Positions 51,255 through 63,468 of a stretch of 64,000 nucleotides of DNA are shown here, in pieces. The notes under the pieces are model-generated. The model was not told the DNA's origin. It made no database searches and worked only from the letters and a program-made list of their open reading frames with translations. Made by a program: the position numbers and the translations under genes. Source of the stretch: Balanoglossus misakiensis (taxonomy: Eukaryota > Animalia > Hemichordata). Positions within the stretch are counted from its first letter, which is position 1, and each line of letters begins with the position of its first letter. The stretch is from contig CM082595.2 in assembly GCA_040954595.2 (NCBI GenBank), positions 4,614,137 through 4,678,136 of the forward strand, written 5' to 3'.

Positions 51255-52350
51255 GGGACTGTCCAGAATTTACTTCCAGGGGGGGGCTGGAGGATTTTCA
51301 GGGGGGGCCACCCATTTTCCCCAAGAAAAATTAGGGGGGGTCAGACATAAAAATCACAATCCTTTAGGGGGGGGCCATGTAAAAAACTCTCACAAACTCA
51401 ATATTTGCCCAGAAGTACTGATTTATAAGAAACAAACCACCATGGCTACCTGGATGACAGATGAACTCCGCAAGTGCATTAAATCTTCATAAGCTTGAAT
51501 TTCCGGTAATTTTTACGGTGGGTTATTTTGTATACCTACTACAGTTTCTTGTTCTACTCTGTGAAGCATAATAAAATGCCCAGTATTTGGCCTGCCAGCA
51601 CAGACCATAAATGTACAGTGAACAGTCAGTGTAGTTACTGTTGACGAGCTCAATTCAAGTCCAGACTAGAATTCGTTAATTTTCTCATCAATCATTCATA
51701 TATGTATATAAAAAGTTAATTTGCTTTTGGGTTCATTAAAATGCAGCTTTGAGCTCTGTATTTTATAAAATTTTCTTACAGGGGAGGGGGACACCCCCTC
51801 CCAAACCCACCCCCTTCACTTCTCGGTTTACAATATCTGCCAACACAATACAAATACTTAACAAATATAAACAATGTTCAGTTTTAATATCCACTGATGA
51901 GGAAAAACATCAGTTTCAAATTCTTTTCATGGGAGCGCTGTTTTTCTTTTTTTACAAGATAGATAGGTGATGTGTTTTGCTGTGTGAAAGAAAATGGGGG
52001 GTGGGATTTCAAAATTTTAAGCTGTTCGGAAGGGGGGGATTTGAAAATATTTCGGGTTGTGTACGGGGGGCATGTGAAAATTAACGGTAAAAACAATTTA
52101 ATTCTCCCCCCCCCCCTTCCAGAGGTGTTTGTAAATGCAGCCTTATCAGACTGTATGTGTCGTAGTCTGTACCGGTAAGCATGCATGTATATATTGGGGG
52201 GGGGGGGGGGGGTCATGGAAAAAAAACAGGAAATTTACGGGGGGGCCACAGATTTCCTCCACAATTTACAAGGGGGGGCCATGGAAAAAAATCACCAGGA
52301 AAATAAGAAATCCTCCAGCCCCACCCTGGAAGTAAATTCTGGACAGTCCC
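51255..52350. mobile_element. 1.1-kb non-autonomous DNA transposon, PIF/Harbinger-like
   Basis: About 43-bp TIR GGGACTGTCCAGAATTTACTTCCAGGG.GGGGCTGGAGGATTT, TAA on both flanks, repeated poly-G subterminal motifs, no transposase ORF. Confidence 0.88.
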
Positions 52351-52724
52351 TAATATCAATTAATTGATTAAACCAAACCCTATTAGCCGATTAGCATCTG
52401 CTTTCATTGTCAGTTTGCGGAGACAATGCAGTGACCTTGAGGGCGCTTTCTCTCTGGGACAATCTTCCACAGTGTAGGGGTGATTTCCCCAGTGAGTATT
52501 AAAGATAGGCGGCATTGTGAGATTGGGAATTGGTTTTCTATGGTCTTTTTTTAGGTCTGCAGACAAGAGGAGGGGAAGTTTTAGTCTCCCTTGTTTGTTT
52601 TTACAACCCCGGTGAGGTAGCAGCCTCCACTGTCAAAATACAATGCACTGGCTGGCATCATCTGAAGCTTCATTTGCTTGTTAGATTCAGCCACCTGGCG
52701 TCTGATCAAATTGTCATCCACATA

Positions 52725-52904
52725 CAGCTAAACCTCTCTATAGTGGCCAGTCAAGGGACTTTCCTAAACTGGCCTTTATAGAGACGTGACCTTTATATAG
52801 AGGTTTACTTAACACACATGTGAATTGCACAGGGACTGTAACAAAGTGGCCACTATATACAGGTGAGCACTTTATAGGGGTGACCACTAAGAGGGGTTTG
52901 ACTG
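52725..52904 (+). mobile_element. pogo/Tigger-like MITE family C, copy 1
   Basis: ta CAGCTAAACCTCTCTATAGTGGCCA..TGACCACTAAGAGGGGTTTGACTG. Second copy at 63206. Confidence 0.8.
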
Positions 52905-52944
52905 AATTGGAGTTTGTGAGCTTTTACACATTAGATTTGAAAAA

Positions 52945-53110
52945 AAAAACTGTTTTCATGTGCATGTGTGTGAAACTTCTGGTACTAACTCTTGACTGCT
53001 GACACGTCTAACTAGAGATCATTTGAAAATAAAACCTGTTTTTATGTGTATGTGTGTGAAACTTCTGGTACTAACTCTTGACTGCTGACACGGTCTCACT
53101 AGAAATCGTC
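52945..53110. repeat. Tandem duplication of about 87 bp
   Basis: ATGTGTGTGAAACTTCTGGTACTAACTCTTGACTGCTGACACG occurs twice in succession. Confidence 0.88.
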
Positions 53111-53410
53111 TGCCACAGTAACCAGACACACGATACAATGTGAATTCCACAAAACTCGACGCTTGAAAATCCACTCCCTTATATCAAGAAAAGCAAAAAG
53201 CATTGACAGTTCTGGCAAACAAGGCAATCCTTTTGAAAAAGGGTTAAAACCAGACACTTTGAAGTACAGTTCTCAACTGGCTGGCCGGGGCACTTATGCT
53301 GGGAGTGGAAGGAGGGCGATTGAGTCACCTGCGAAAAAAAGTGACTGAATGACTTTTCCTGTGTGTACACCCATTCAAGAATACAGCCAGCTACGAGATC
53401 AGAAGCAATA

Positions 53411-53610
53411 CTGTAAAACACTTTATTTTCGCGAGCAATTAATTTTCGCCAAATACGCGAGAGCCAAAATAGCGTGAAAATAAAAAGTCGCGTAAATTTT
53501 TTTTTGAAGATAACGATGCAGTGAATGAAATAAGAGAACGCGAAAATTAATACAGTGGCCTCTGTCAATATCACGAAAAATTTAACTCGCGAAAATAAAG
53601 TGTTTTACAG
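53411..53610 (+). mobile_element. MITE family A, copy 3
   Basis: Same TIRs, TA flanks. Confidence 0.92.
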
Positions 53611-56600
53611 TATTAAAGAAGGACTTTACACTGAAGTGTTTAACAAAGCGCTCACTCTGCAGGAAGAGATATAGAGGGGGGCTTTTCACAAATTGCAATG
53701 CACACACTCATGAAAGAACGACAGGGGGATATCCTGCTCCCTTCCAGCGCCAGTCTGCTGCGGGTCCCCATTAATTCATCAGCAAATATTAGGTCAATTA
53801 ATGGCGGGAGTTATTGCCAATACAGTGGCAATGAATTGAGTATATTGGAATATCAAACAAGGCGTACTACAGACAAGCTCCCGGTAAGCCCGGATTGACC
53901 TCTGGGCAAATATGCCTTCCGTAGTTGAGTGAGAGACTTGTACTCAGAGTGTCGGAACTCGGGGGTCCCCCCACAAAGAAAAAAATCCACAGGGCTTTTC
54001 TGGAGTTTCAGGGAGCTGTCAACAATACCACAGTGAAAGGGGGTCACAAAAGAGAACCTATTAGCTACGAAAATCACTTGGGCAAAATGTTAATAACTAA
54101 GCCATACAGTTTCAATTGGTGTAATTTGCTTTTAATTAATGACTTAGGCTAGGTCAATTTTCCGGGAAGATAAGAAAAGAAGGAATGCTGAACTAAAGAA
54201 ACCACAGGGATGAATGAATTCATCTGATTTCAAGATCCGTATCAGAGTTCAGTTTGCCTAACTCGTGTACAGGAGGAAGCACCTGTCAATGTGTTTGTTT
54301 GCCTAACTCTACGCACATGAAGTTGGTGAGTCGGGGACACTTTCTCTAGACGAGTAGGAGTCACAGAATAAAAACTCACATCCCCAACGACCTGGGATCA
54401 CATATCTTACATACGTTGAGGATATTTTGTCTTATGTACACAAGCCGCAGGTGAGTGTGAGACAAAATACCCAAGTGAGAAATCATATCTTGAGTCATTG
54501 GTGTGTGAGATTCTTTTGTTCATGATCAGAAAATGTGATGAATTCGCATCAAACTCCAAAACTAACCTGAGCTGGTCAGTTTTTTTCCTGAGATATTTTG
54601 TCAGTTTTCGCAGAAATTAAGTGCTGCGAAAGATTCTGAGTACAATTTACATATAGCAATGGGTCATAAACAGAGAGACATGGAGGCAATCTGTGAAGTG
54701 AAGTTGTATTTCACACTATGCTGTCACAAAAAGCAAGAACAACACAAAGTAAACGCAGTATGCACACAAGACGAGTCACAAACAAAATTTAGCATTTTAT
54801 TCTAGCGTTGCGCAACTCAAACAGGGAGCCTAAACCCATGACAAACTTTCACTTGTAAAATATCAGTTTGATGCTTTAATGTGAAGACAATGACACAATT
54901 AAGAAAACAGAAGGACGTTAATTGACTCTCTGATGGGGGAGTGGCCACTGCAGGGAGGACTTTTCACCGATTTGTGAAAATCAATTTCATTGAAGAAAGA
55001 TTTCACAACATGGTGGTTTTTTCTTCACAATGGTTTTATTGGTTCTGGGCATTTTCAGTATGAGGGGTCTTTTTACCGATCTCAGTGCTGATCAAAAATG
55101 TCCACTTAGATTTTTATCCTGTCTTAATTTTCACATTCAAAATCTTGGCTGTGTAGTTTATCTGATGTTCACGCAAACGAAACAATTGTTTTCTGAGAAA
55201 ATTGACAGAATCTTTCCCTTTTCAACTCCACTATACCAGCTCTGACTAAAAACAGTCAATGTTCAAGTTGCCACTAATTGATTCTGGTAGACGAAGGTAT
55301 TTCATGGGACTCATCAGAAGAAGAACATCCATTTTTTTTACGATATAACCCATTTGCCCTTCTACAAATTAAAAGAAATACTTTTTCATCAGCAAGATCA
55401 TGAAAAAATATATCTTTATGATGAGATGCTTTTATATAATACAGGGAGAAACATGGATAAGGTACAATCTTTGGCAGGTAATGTAAGCAGAAACAATTAA
55501 GACAGTTTATTTTAGCAAGGACAAAAAAACAGTAGTCTATTTTAGTATGGGAGGAGCACACAGTCTGGTGTAAAATTCTGTTCCTGGCAAAATGTTGGTA
55601 TGGAGTCCCTGGCAAACTTCATGCAGAGGTGCTAAAAACTTTCTAATGGGGGTGTTAATTTTTTGACTCAACAACAGCTGGAACAAAGGAACACTTGATG
55701 AAACAAAGGAGAGGTGCAGAGAATGGGAGGGGAACCTATTGTTCTTGCAATTAGAATTAAATTGGGAGAAACAGGGGTAGGGGGGGGGGACAGTGTTGAT
55801 AACAGGCCGATGGTAGCTTCTAGTGATAAACAGGGTTTTGACATCTTGCTGAATTCTTTTAACTTATTTAAGACTGGTCTCCAACACACAGGCTGTGATT
55901 TCATTCTCATTTTGAAAACAATGCAACACAGTGATCCATGTAAAATCCTCGAGTGCAACAAACACTGGTGCATGATGGGAAAGCTGGCAAAAGTCAACAA
56001 TGACGTACAGCTCAGCTTAACGTTTGATTATTCATACACGCTCATGAATAATGAATGCCTTTTTTCTGTGAGTGATGCATTATGATTGCTGTAATGTCCA
56101 ACAAGAAACCGGCTTTACTTATGGATAACGTGCTCTCTAACAAACATTATTTTTAAAAGCTTTGGGTCAATTTGACGATTTCTATATATTAAACAGGTGC
56201 CGCACTGATTTAATCAGCCTCCATACAAACCGCTACATACATAGCTATCGTGGTATGAATGCATCGCCAAGAGATGACAATATGATGCAAATCCAAGTAA
56301 TATTGTCTAATGGTGAGGATTTTAGAGGATAGGGAATATATCTGAATTTTTTAATGTGGAAAAAAATATATGAAGTTTGGCAGCTATAGGGACTTCAAGA
56401 GTGGGTATAAATACATGGTTTTTTGCTTCAGCTTTATCTTGTTTTTTCTGGCTCTAAAAAAACCACTCAGGCACACTTCACTCTGTCAAAGACAAGGTTG
56501 CGCTTGGGACAACACACAAGATGGGGACCCACTGCAAACAATTTGGAGAGAAAACAGGTCTTTTCAAAGAGACAGAGAGGGGGGCACTTGAAGATGGAAG

Positions 56601-58190
56601 GACCCCGTAAGTGTGCTCTCAATGACCACCAATTATCATCAATTAGCAAATTGCCTTCAAAGGCAGCTTGTTTTTTTGATGGCCCGGGCACTGGAATGTC
56701 TGCTGGTGTTTTGTTTTGTGATTAAAAGTACGGTGTGATTTTAGCAACTTTGGACGGTGTGCCTTCACAATGCGCTGGAGTTAAACCATGCGTGTCACTG
56801 TTACTCTGTGGAAATTACAGAAGAGCACTCAAACTACAGGTGAACACCCCGCGATAATAGTTTTCCTGCTTTTGTTCGTTTTATTACACTTTGCAAACCC
56901 CATCACACCTTGTTATCTGGAAAATTACAAAGTCACTTTCTTCTAACAGATCAATTTGGCGGTCGGTGAAAGGGATTGGTTTTGCCTTCAGTTACTGACA
57001 GCCACCTAGCTGCTCTGGTCACCGCATGGCAACTTCGACCCAGAAACTGCAATAGTTTCTTTTCCCTCTTTTACAAAAAAATTAAACCTTCAATTAGAAA
57101 CGCAAGGATTAGAAGACTTCTCACCAACAGGACTCTGCTCAGTTTTGGTCCAAAATAAACACGAAAACCAGCCCATTGTACAAAACATTACCACTTTCAA
57201 AGCAGACATTTTAGATGTTTTGCTCTAAAATAAACGACAACTGAGAGTATGTGGAGAATTTGACTATGTATGTTACTGGTTGCAATGGGACAAAACAGAC
57301 ACATATTTTGCCAAATTTACATCCAATCTCCAATAGCAACAAACAACAAGATGCATATAGTACCCTATCATCCGTTTTGAAAACTACAAACCAGGACAAC
57401 GCAAATATTTTTTATTCTTTTTTTTATGCAGTTATTTTTCCAGTAGGGTGCTAATAACTTGCCATTTGTGTCCTCTTTTCCCAGTGCCCCCTCCCCCAGT
57501 CCCTCACATCACATTCAGATGGTAACAGTATTGGTAAATATTTACCATACTGCATCCACAGATAATACAGTAGTATAAGAAAGTTACTATTATCACTATA
57601 TCATTCCACAAATCTGTTGAAAATTTCCGTGTGTATGATGGGTATGAGAGTGTGCACGTGTTTGGAATCTCCACCTTTTTTTCTGCTTTTCTTATGCAAA
57701 AACCATGCATCTTGGATGACCATGCTTTTTAAACTCGCTTGGAGTGAAGTGTGGTTTGGCCGCCATGCCTCAAGGCTACAGTATAGTTCTAGCCCACTTG
57801 AAATCACAATTTTGTCCCTCGGACTCTGTCAATTCCAGCACAGAGGGTCACTCGCTCTTGAGCGCTGATTATACAGATGAGGGCATGGTGCGATCAGGAT
57901 AATACGATAATTAACAGGCTAAGAGGCCGGAGAAAAATCCTATTATATCGAACTGGAATTTGGTTTCTGGGAGTATCCTGTGACTGGAAAGCCTCTGCCG
58001 GCTCAGAAAGGAATGCAAACTTGCCATAAAAACAACTAGCAATCCCCTGTAAAAATATGTTTGCGTTTAACTTAAGACGTACAATATCTCTTTCTCTATG
58101 GGTGTACGACTAGCCCTGAGGTTTTAAAGACTTTAAATGTAAAACCACTGGCACCATGTGCGTTGTCGTGGTTTGTAGTGCAGATTATTA

Positions 58191-58396
58191 CTGTAAAACA
58201 CTTTATTTTCGCAAGCAATAAATTTTCACGAAATGTGAGAGCCAAAATAGCCTGAAAATAAAAAGTCGCGTAATTTTTTTTGGGAGATAACGATGCAGTG
58301 AATGAAATAAGAGAACGCGAAAATTAATACTCGCGAAACAGTGGCCTCTCTTGATATCGCGAAAATTTCAACTCGCGAAAATAAAGTGTTTTACAG
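58191..58396 (+). mobile_element. MITE family A, copy 4
   Basis: Same TIRs, TA flanks. Confidence 0.92.
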
Positions 58397-58582
58397 TATA
58401 TATCATGCCTACTCTATCTATCCAGGTGTTATCTGGCTTTAACATTGGCTATGGTGACAAAGTTCAAAGTATATAGGGTTGCACTCGGAGTGGTTTAAAA
58501 TGAGTTTTTGTCGGAAGAATTCTGTTGGCGATGTTTTGGATTGTCCACACGGATGCAAAAGTCGTTCTCGTTTCTCTGAAAT

Positions 58583-58664
58583 CTTTCACCCCCAGTTCTC
58601 TCGTTAGAGGTCCAACCTTAACATAGAAAACAATGGGTTTGGACCGAACCATGGGTTTAAAGGG
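58583..58664 (-). mobile_element. About 85-bp TTAA MITE, copy 3 (ends decayed)
   Basis: CTTTCACCCCCAGTTC..AGAAAACAATGGGTTTGGAC..CCATGG is the reverse complement of the 36435 copy. Confidence 0.75.
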
Positions 58665-59472
58665 ATGAATCTTTCTTTCCCGTCTTATTTTCACCCCATA
58701 ACTCATCTCTGAAAGTGTTTCAATTTCCAGCAGTTAAAAAATACACAATTATCCCGACAGAAATCGCTAGAGGGAGGAGGTGAAATTCTGGACACCCAAC
58801 CCTCCCCTCAGGGTGTTGTCCATTGTATGGTAGTAATGTCGCTGTCTTGCACATGTGGTGGCCAGGATAAGATGTAATCACAACATACTGCAGAGACCGT
58901 TCTTGCGAATGTCTACAGGCTTTTTTTTACATACAGTTATTTACAGCAAAAGAAAACAACGCAAGAAAACTTCAGGTTTTCAGTTGGCGGAGACAATTAC
59001 GATATTTGTCTTCAGTGTTCCATGGATTTCATTTTCGCGGGAGAGGATCTCGGAGTTTACGCCCCGGGGTAATATTTTCGAGAGGGCGGATGGAGTCTTA
59101 CAGAGGAGGATGGCAAACAGCGCAAAAGGGGATGAGAGAGAAAAGGTGGATGACATTGGAAGAATGTTTAGAGAGGTGCCTTAAATCTTGTTGGGAATTC
59201 TCTTTAAAGGTTCCACCTGAAACCTGAAAGTACATTTGTACACACAGTTCCACAGGGTGGGAAACATAATATTCTTCTGTGGGAACGTCGGGCAAACACG
59301 GCCGAAAAATATGCGTCGCCGGGGAGTTGTCAGTGGAGTGTGTCCGAGGAGGATACGGGTACTGTTATGATGAAAAGAACAGTGAACACAATGCCTTCAG
59401 AGAAGAAGACATAGCAAGTTGTACTGGGTGAATGTTTGGACGTTGTGGTCATGAGGAAATGAGTGATTTTAA

Positions 59473-59700
59473 AGGGACAAAGTCTCTCTCTGGCTGCCCT
59501 TTTTTCCATTAACTATGTTTGATACAAGACACCGGTTATGTTATTCTACATGTGGATATATAGTGAATCAATTATCATCCACACAAAACTTCCATCCCAC
59601 TTGTAGGATATGAGAGTAAAAATCTGGCCAAAATGAATAAATGGTAAACACCGATTACTAGTATTCATTTTGGCCAGTTTTACACTCTCGTATCTACAAG
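59473..59700 (+). mobile_element. TTAA-AGGG (Kolobok-like) foldback element family D, copy 1, right end missing
   Basis: ttaa AGGGACAAAGTCTCTC..; aligns over about 180 bp with the 62254 copy; internal hairpin at 59600-59700. Confidence 0.8.
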
Positions 59701-60572
59701 TTATGTCGCTGACAAGCTATTAACATTCAATTTCATATAGAAGCTCTGAAATTCTCTCCAGGTCATGTGAAGGGAGATAGGACGATCTTCAAAAGGGCAG
59801 TAAATCCTACACTCAAAAAAACAGATCGCTCACAAGAAAAATTTAACGCTGGCAAGGCACAGCTCAGCTTCAATTCAGAATTGTATCACGCACTTTATAA
59901 ATTCTGCGTCTTCTTCAAACTACAGAACTTGCAAAAAAAGCAAAGCTTTGTTCGATAATGTAGCACTCGGATGACAAGCCACCCCCAAAACTCACCCTCT
60001 ATTTCGAGCAAAAGTTGACAATGCCGTGAGAACAAAATAAGAAATGGGACCACAGGAGTTACTGATGTGTGCGAGTCACAAGAGAATTTACTTTTTTTTC
60101 TTTTAGGGAGAAAAAAACACATCTGCGGAATGTAATGTTTCTGGTTGAAATGTTACTTATGAGAGAAGAATCTAAACTTTCATTTTAAAACAATTTGACC
60201 TTTGTGTAGGTACCGACATTAAGATTTTTTCGGGACAAAAGCCCTACCTTTATTATATTTTGACGTAGGGGCTACTAACAAACCTGTTTTCTTTTTCTTG
60301 TGCAGGGAACAATATGATTACCGACAAATATGTGAACTTTCTTGTGTCAGCGAGACGGGAGAAATTTCTGGGCTATGGCAAGTATGCGGCGCATACCTGT
60401 GGCACGCGGCAGTGGGAGTGGGAGGCCTGTCAGCGCGGTCTTTTCAGTCGAACGCGTGAAAAATGGGCAGCGCATCCCCGGTATGGGCGCCTATTATCTG
60501 CAGGAATTTGACCAAACGTGGGAAACACTGTGGGCTAATTGTTTGCAAAGGGGGGGACCACTCACCCATGTA

Positions 60573-60772
60573 CTGTAAAACACTTTATTTTCGCGAGTTG
60601 GAGTTTTCGCGATATCGAGAGAGGCCACTGTTTCGCGAGTATTAATTCTCTTATTTCATTCACTGCATCGTTATCTTCAAAAACAATTTACGCGACTTTT
60701 TATTTTCACGCTATTTTGGCTCTTGCGTATTTGGCGAAAATTTATTGCTCGCGAAAATAAAGTGTTTTACAG
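60573..60772 (-). mobile_element. MITE family A, copy 5 (inverted)
   Basis: Same TIRs, TA flanks. Confidence 0.92.
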
Positions 60773-62253
60773 TATGTGTGTGTGCGGCCGATTGAGGTGT
60801 ACTGTGGCCACGACTTGTCTCGGGTCACGCGGGGCCATTCAGCGATAGACACCCGCCGTGTGTGTGTCGCATCTGCAGCCCCCTTTGCATGGGCTCAATG
60901 AGCTGGAACCTGCAAACTGTCCGAATTGAAAGCCCGCTTAATACTTCTTGAGTTATGAGCGCTGGCCCCGCACCGACGTGCCATCTCATTGTCCCCCAGC
61001 TCTCCCCCTCCAGCATACAGGTGTTTTTCTATCGCCGTGGCAACTTCTTTCACCATCTCCGCATCGAACAACACAACAACCTCTCTTGGTATTTCTCAAT
61101 ACTTGCGAAATTTGTCCGAAATAATTTCCAAATTTTTGCTTTACCTGTCTTCATTAGTTTTAAAAAATTATTCTAAGAAGCTATCCCCTTACTTTTCAGA
61201 ACTCACCAAGACATACAAGCTAGAATGCAAACGTGAGCTTGATTTTCTTTCCCAACGACACTAGCATGGCAGAAAAAGAATACTACCACAACCAGGGTAA
61301 CTGGCCCTGCTCGAAGCACGTCACGGCTCCCGTACTTTGCTCTTAAGGAGTGCCACAACAAAAACAACACACTCACACAAGACATGCCCCATTTACAATG
61401 TAATGTACCTGAAAACAAACAAACTCACAGAAAATGATGCCGCACCTATCGATCACCACAATCAATCAATATTGATTTTTGCTTCTGATATGTCACCGGG
61501 CTGGGGGTCAAGAGTCAAAAGTCTTCATAGTCAATATAATCGGGAGATGAAATCTACAATAAATATTCTATATGACGACTGGTGGTCATCGCCAATGTCG
61601 AGTGGCTGAGTTTGAAATTGGGTCGTGTCGCAAAGTCAACAAAGACGTGCAGGGTGACTTCACAGCAGCCTGAGAGAGAAAAAAGTACATACTTTCTCTA
61701 TGCTGACTTTCTAGTGACCCCAATGCCAAATAGAAGTCACTTGCTGATCATCCAACAAAACTTCCCAGCTCACATTTGTGACAAATAACATTACAACTCA
61801 ACAGGTTGAGCTTAGGAGAGACACTTCTGTCGTTTTGCAGACACAGCCAAGTCTGCTGATTTTGTTTGTTTTTATTTATTGAATCAGATCAAGCAGAGAG
61901 AAAGAGATTGATGTTCTCAGCACCAACAGTTAATGGGACAGAAAATACAATGCTACAAGGTAAATATTTGTTTCTACAAAGACTGCCAGCATACTTTGCC
62001 TTCTCACCTTACAAATAGAGAGGCCAATGTCGCCCTAATATTATAATGTGGGAGCTCGTATTTGAACCTTTCGACCAAACCCTCCACCACCTCACAACCA
62101 TAAAGAAAGATGGGTTTCATTAATTATCTTCATATGAAAACAACAGAATTTGACATCGTAACTGATCCACCTTGATAGATATTTTGGAGGTTCAGACTGG
62201 ACAGTTTACGGCAGTGAAGCACTGGTACTCTAGTTTCTTTCTTTGGAATTTAA

Positions 62254-62470
62254 AGGGACATTAAGTCTCTCTCGCTGCCCTTTTTACATTATTATATTTG
62301 ATACAAGATACCGTTTATATTATTCTACATGTAGATATATAGTGAATCAACGTTCGACTTCACACAACTTCCATCCCGTTTGTAGGATATGAGAGTAAAA
62401 ATCTCGCCAAAATGAATAAACGGTAGAGACTGATTATTCATATTGGCAGTGAGGGAGAGACTTTGTCCCT
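62254..62470 (+). mobile_element. TTAA-AGGG (Kolobok-like) element family D, copy 2, both ends present
   Basis: ttaa AGGGACA..AAGTCTCTC / GAGAGACTTTGTCCCT ttaa. Confidence 0.85.
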
Positions 62471-63205
62471 TTAATGTAAAAAGAGCTGTTCATTCAAAAG
62501 CGAAACAGCAGACAGTATCATATCTTGGCAATACAGGCCGTCACCCCAGATCCCACTGTCACAGATTGACGTTCATTTCAAGATGCCGAGCACTGAAACG
62601 GACAACAGCGAAACCTGATTGAGTGAAACGAACGGTGAAACCAAAAAAAAAAAAAAAAAACCTGAAACATGACACCACAGGTGAAGTGAATGAACCTGCA
62701 CAGAGTCTTCACTACAGACCCTCAAGGTAACCGCAATACAAAGACAGAGAATTGGTTTTTAATGATGATCAGTAAACGCAGTCATACTTGTCCATCACCT
62801 AGTGTAATATTACCTATAGCCCCAAAGATGTGGTTATCTGCAGAATACAGGTACCGGGCATTGTATGGTTCAGGTAGCACCCATCTCAAGCATATCTGCT
62901 CATGAGTGCGTAAGACAGTTTCTTCTATAGTGGTTTACTTTCCTCAAGTTTCATTTGTGCAGGTTTTAGTGGAAGTATCGCCAAGGATGAGAACAGCTAT
63001 GCTCTAAGGTCTAAGATTGTCTCCTTTGTTGGGACCATGGACCAATTCGCTCATTTAGAATGAATTGTAATTTAAGAATTGAAGGAAAAGTACTTTATTT
63101 CATATACTAATCACAATATATTTTCCCTGTTTGCATAGTCAGAACAGAATGCAGTGGTTGCTAGGAAACCCCACGGGGGAGGTATCATCACTGTTATCCG
63201 TAAGA

Positions 63206-63468
63206 CAGTCAAACCTCTCTATAGTGGCCAGTCAGGGACTTTCCTAAACTGGCCTTTATAGAGAGTTAACGTTGACCTTTATATAGAGGTTAATTAATTA
63301 ACACACATGTGAATTGCACAGGGACTGTAACAAAGTGGCCACTATATAGAGGTGGCCACTAACACAGGTTTGACTGTATATGTAAACTGCACAGGGACTG
63401 TAACAAAGTGGCCACTATATAGAGGTGACCGCTATATATAGGGGTGGCCACTAACAGGGGTTTGACTG
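63206..63468 (+). mobile_element. pogo/Tigger-like MITE family C, copy 2 with duplicated right end
   Basis: CAGTCAAACCTCTCTATAGTGGCCA.., first terminus GGTTTGACTG-ta at 63376, right part repeated with a second terminus at 63468. Confidence 0.85.

Noticed and set aside
54350-54450. Plus-strand candidate exon with strong donor CAG|GTGAGT
   Set aside because: Short pyrimidine tract, phase incompatible with the other candidates, unrecognisable peptide.
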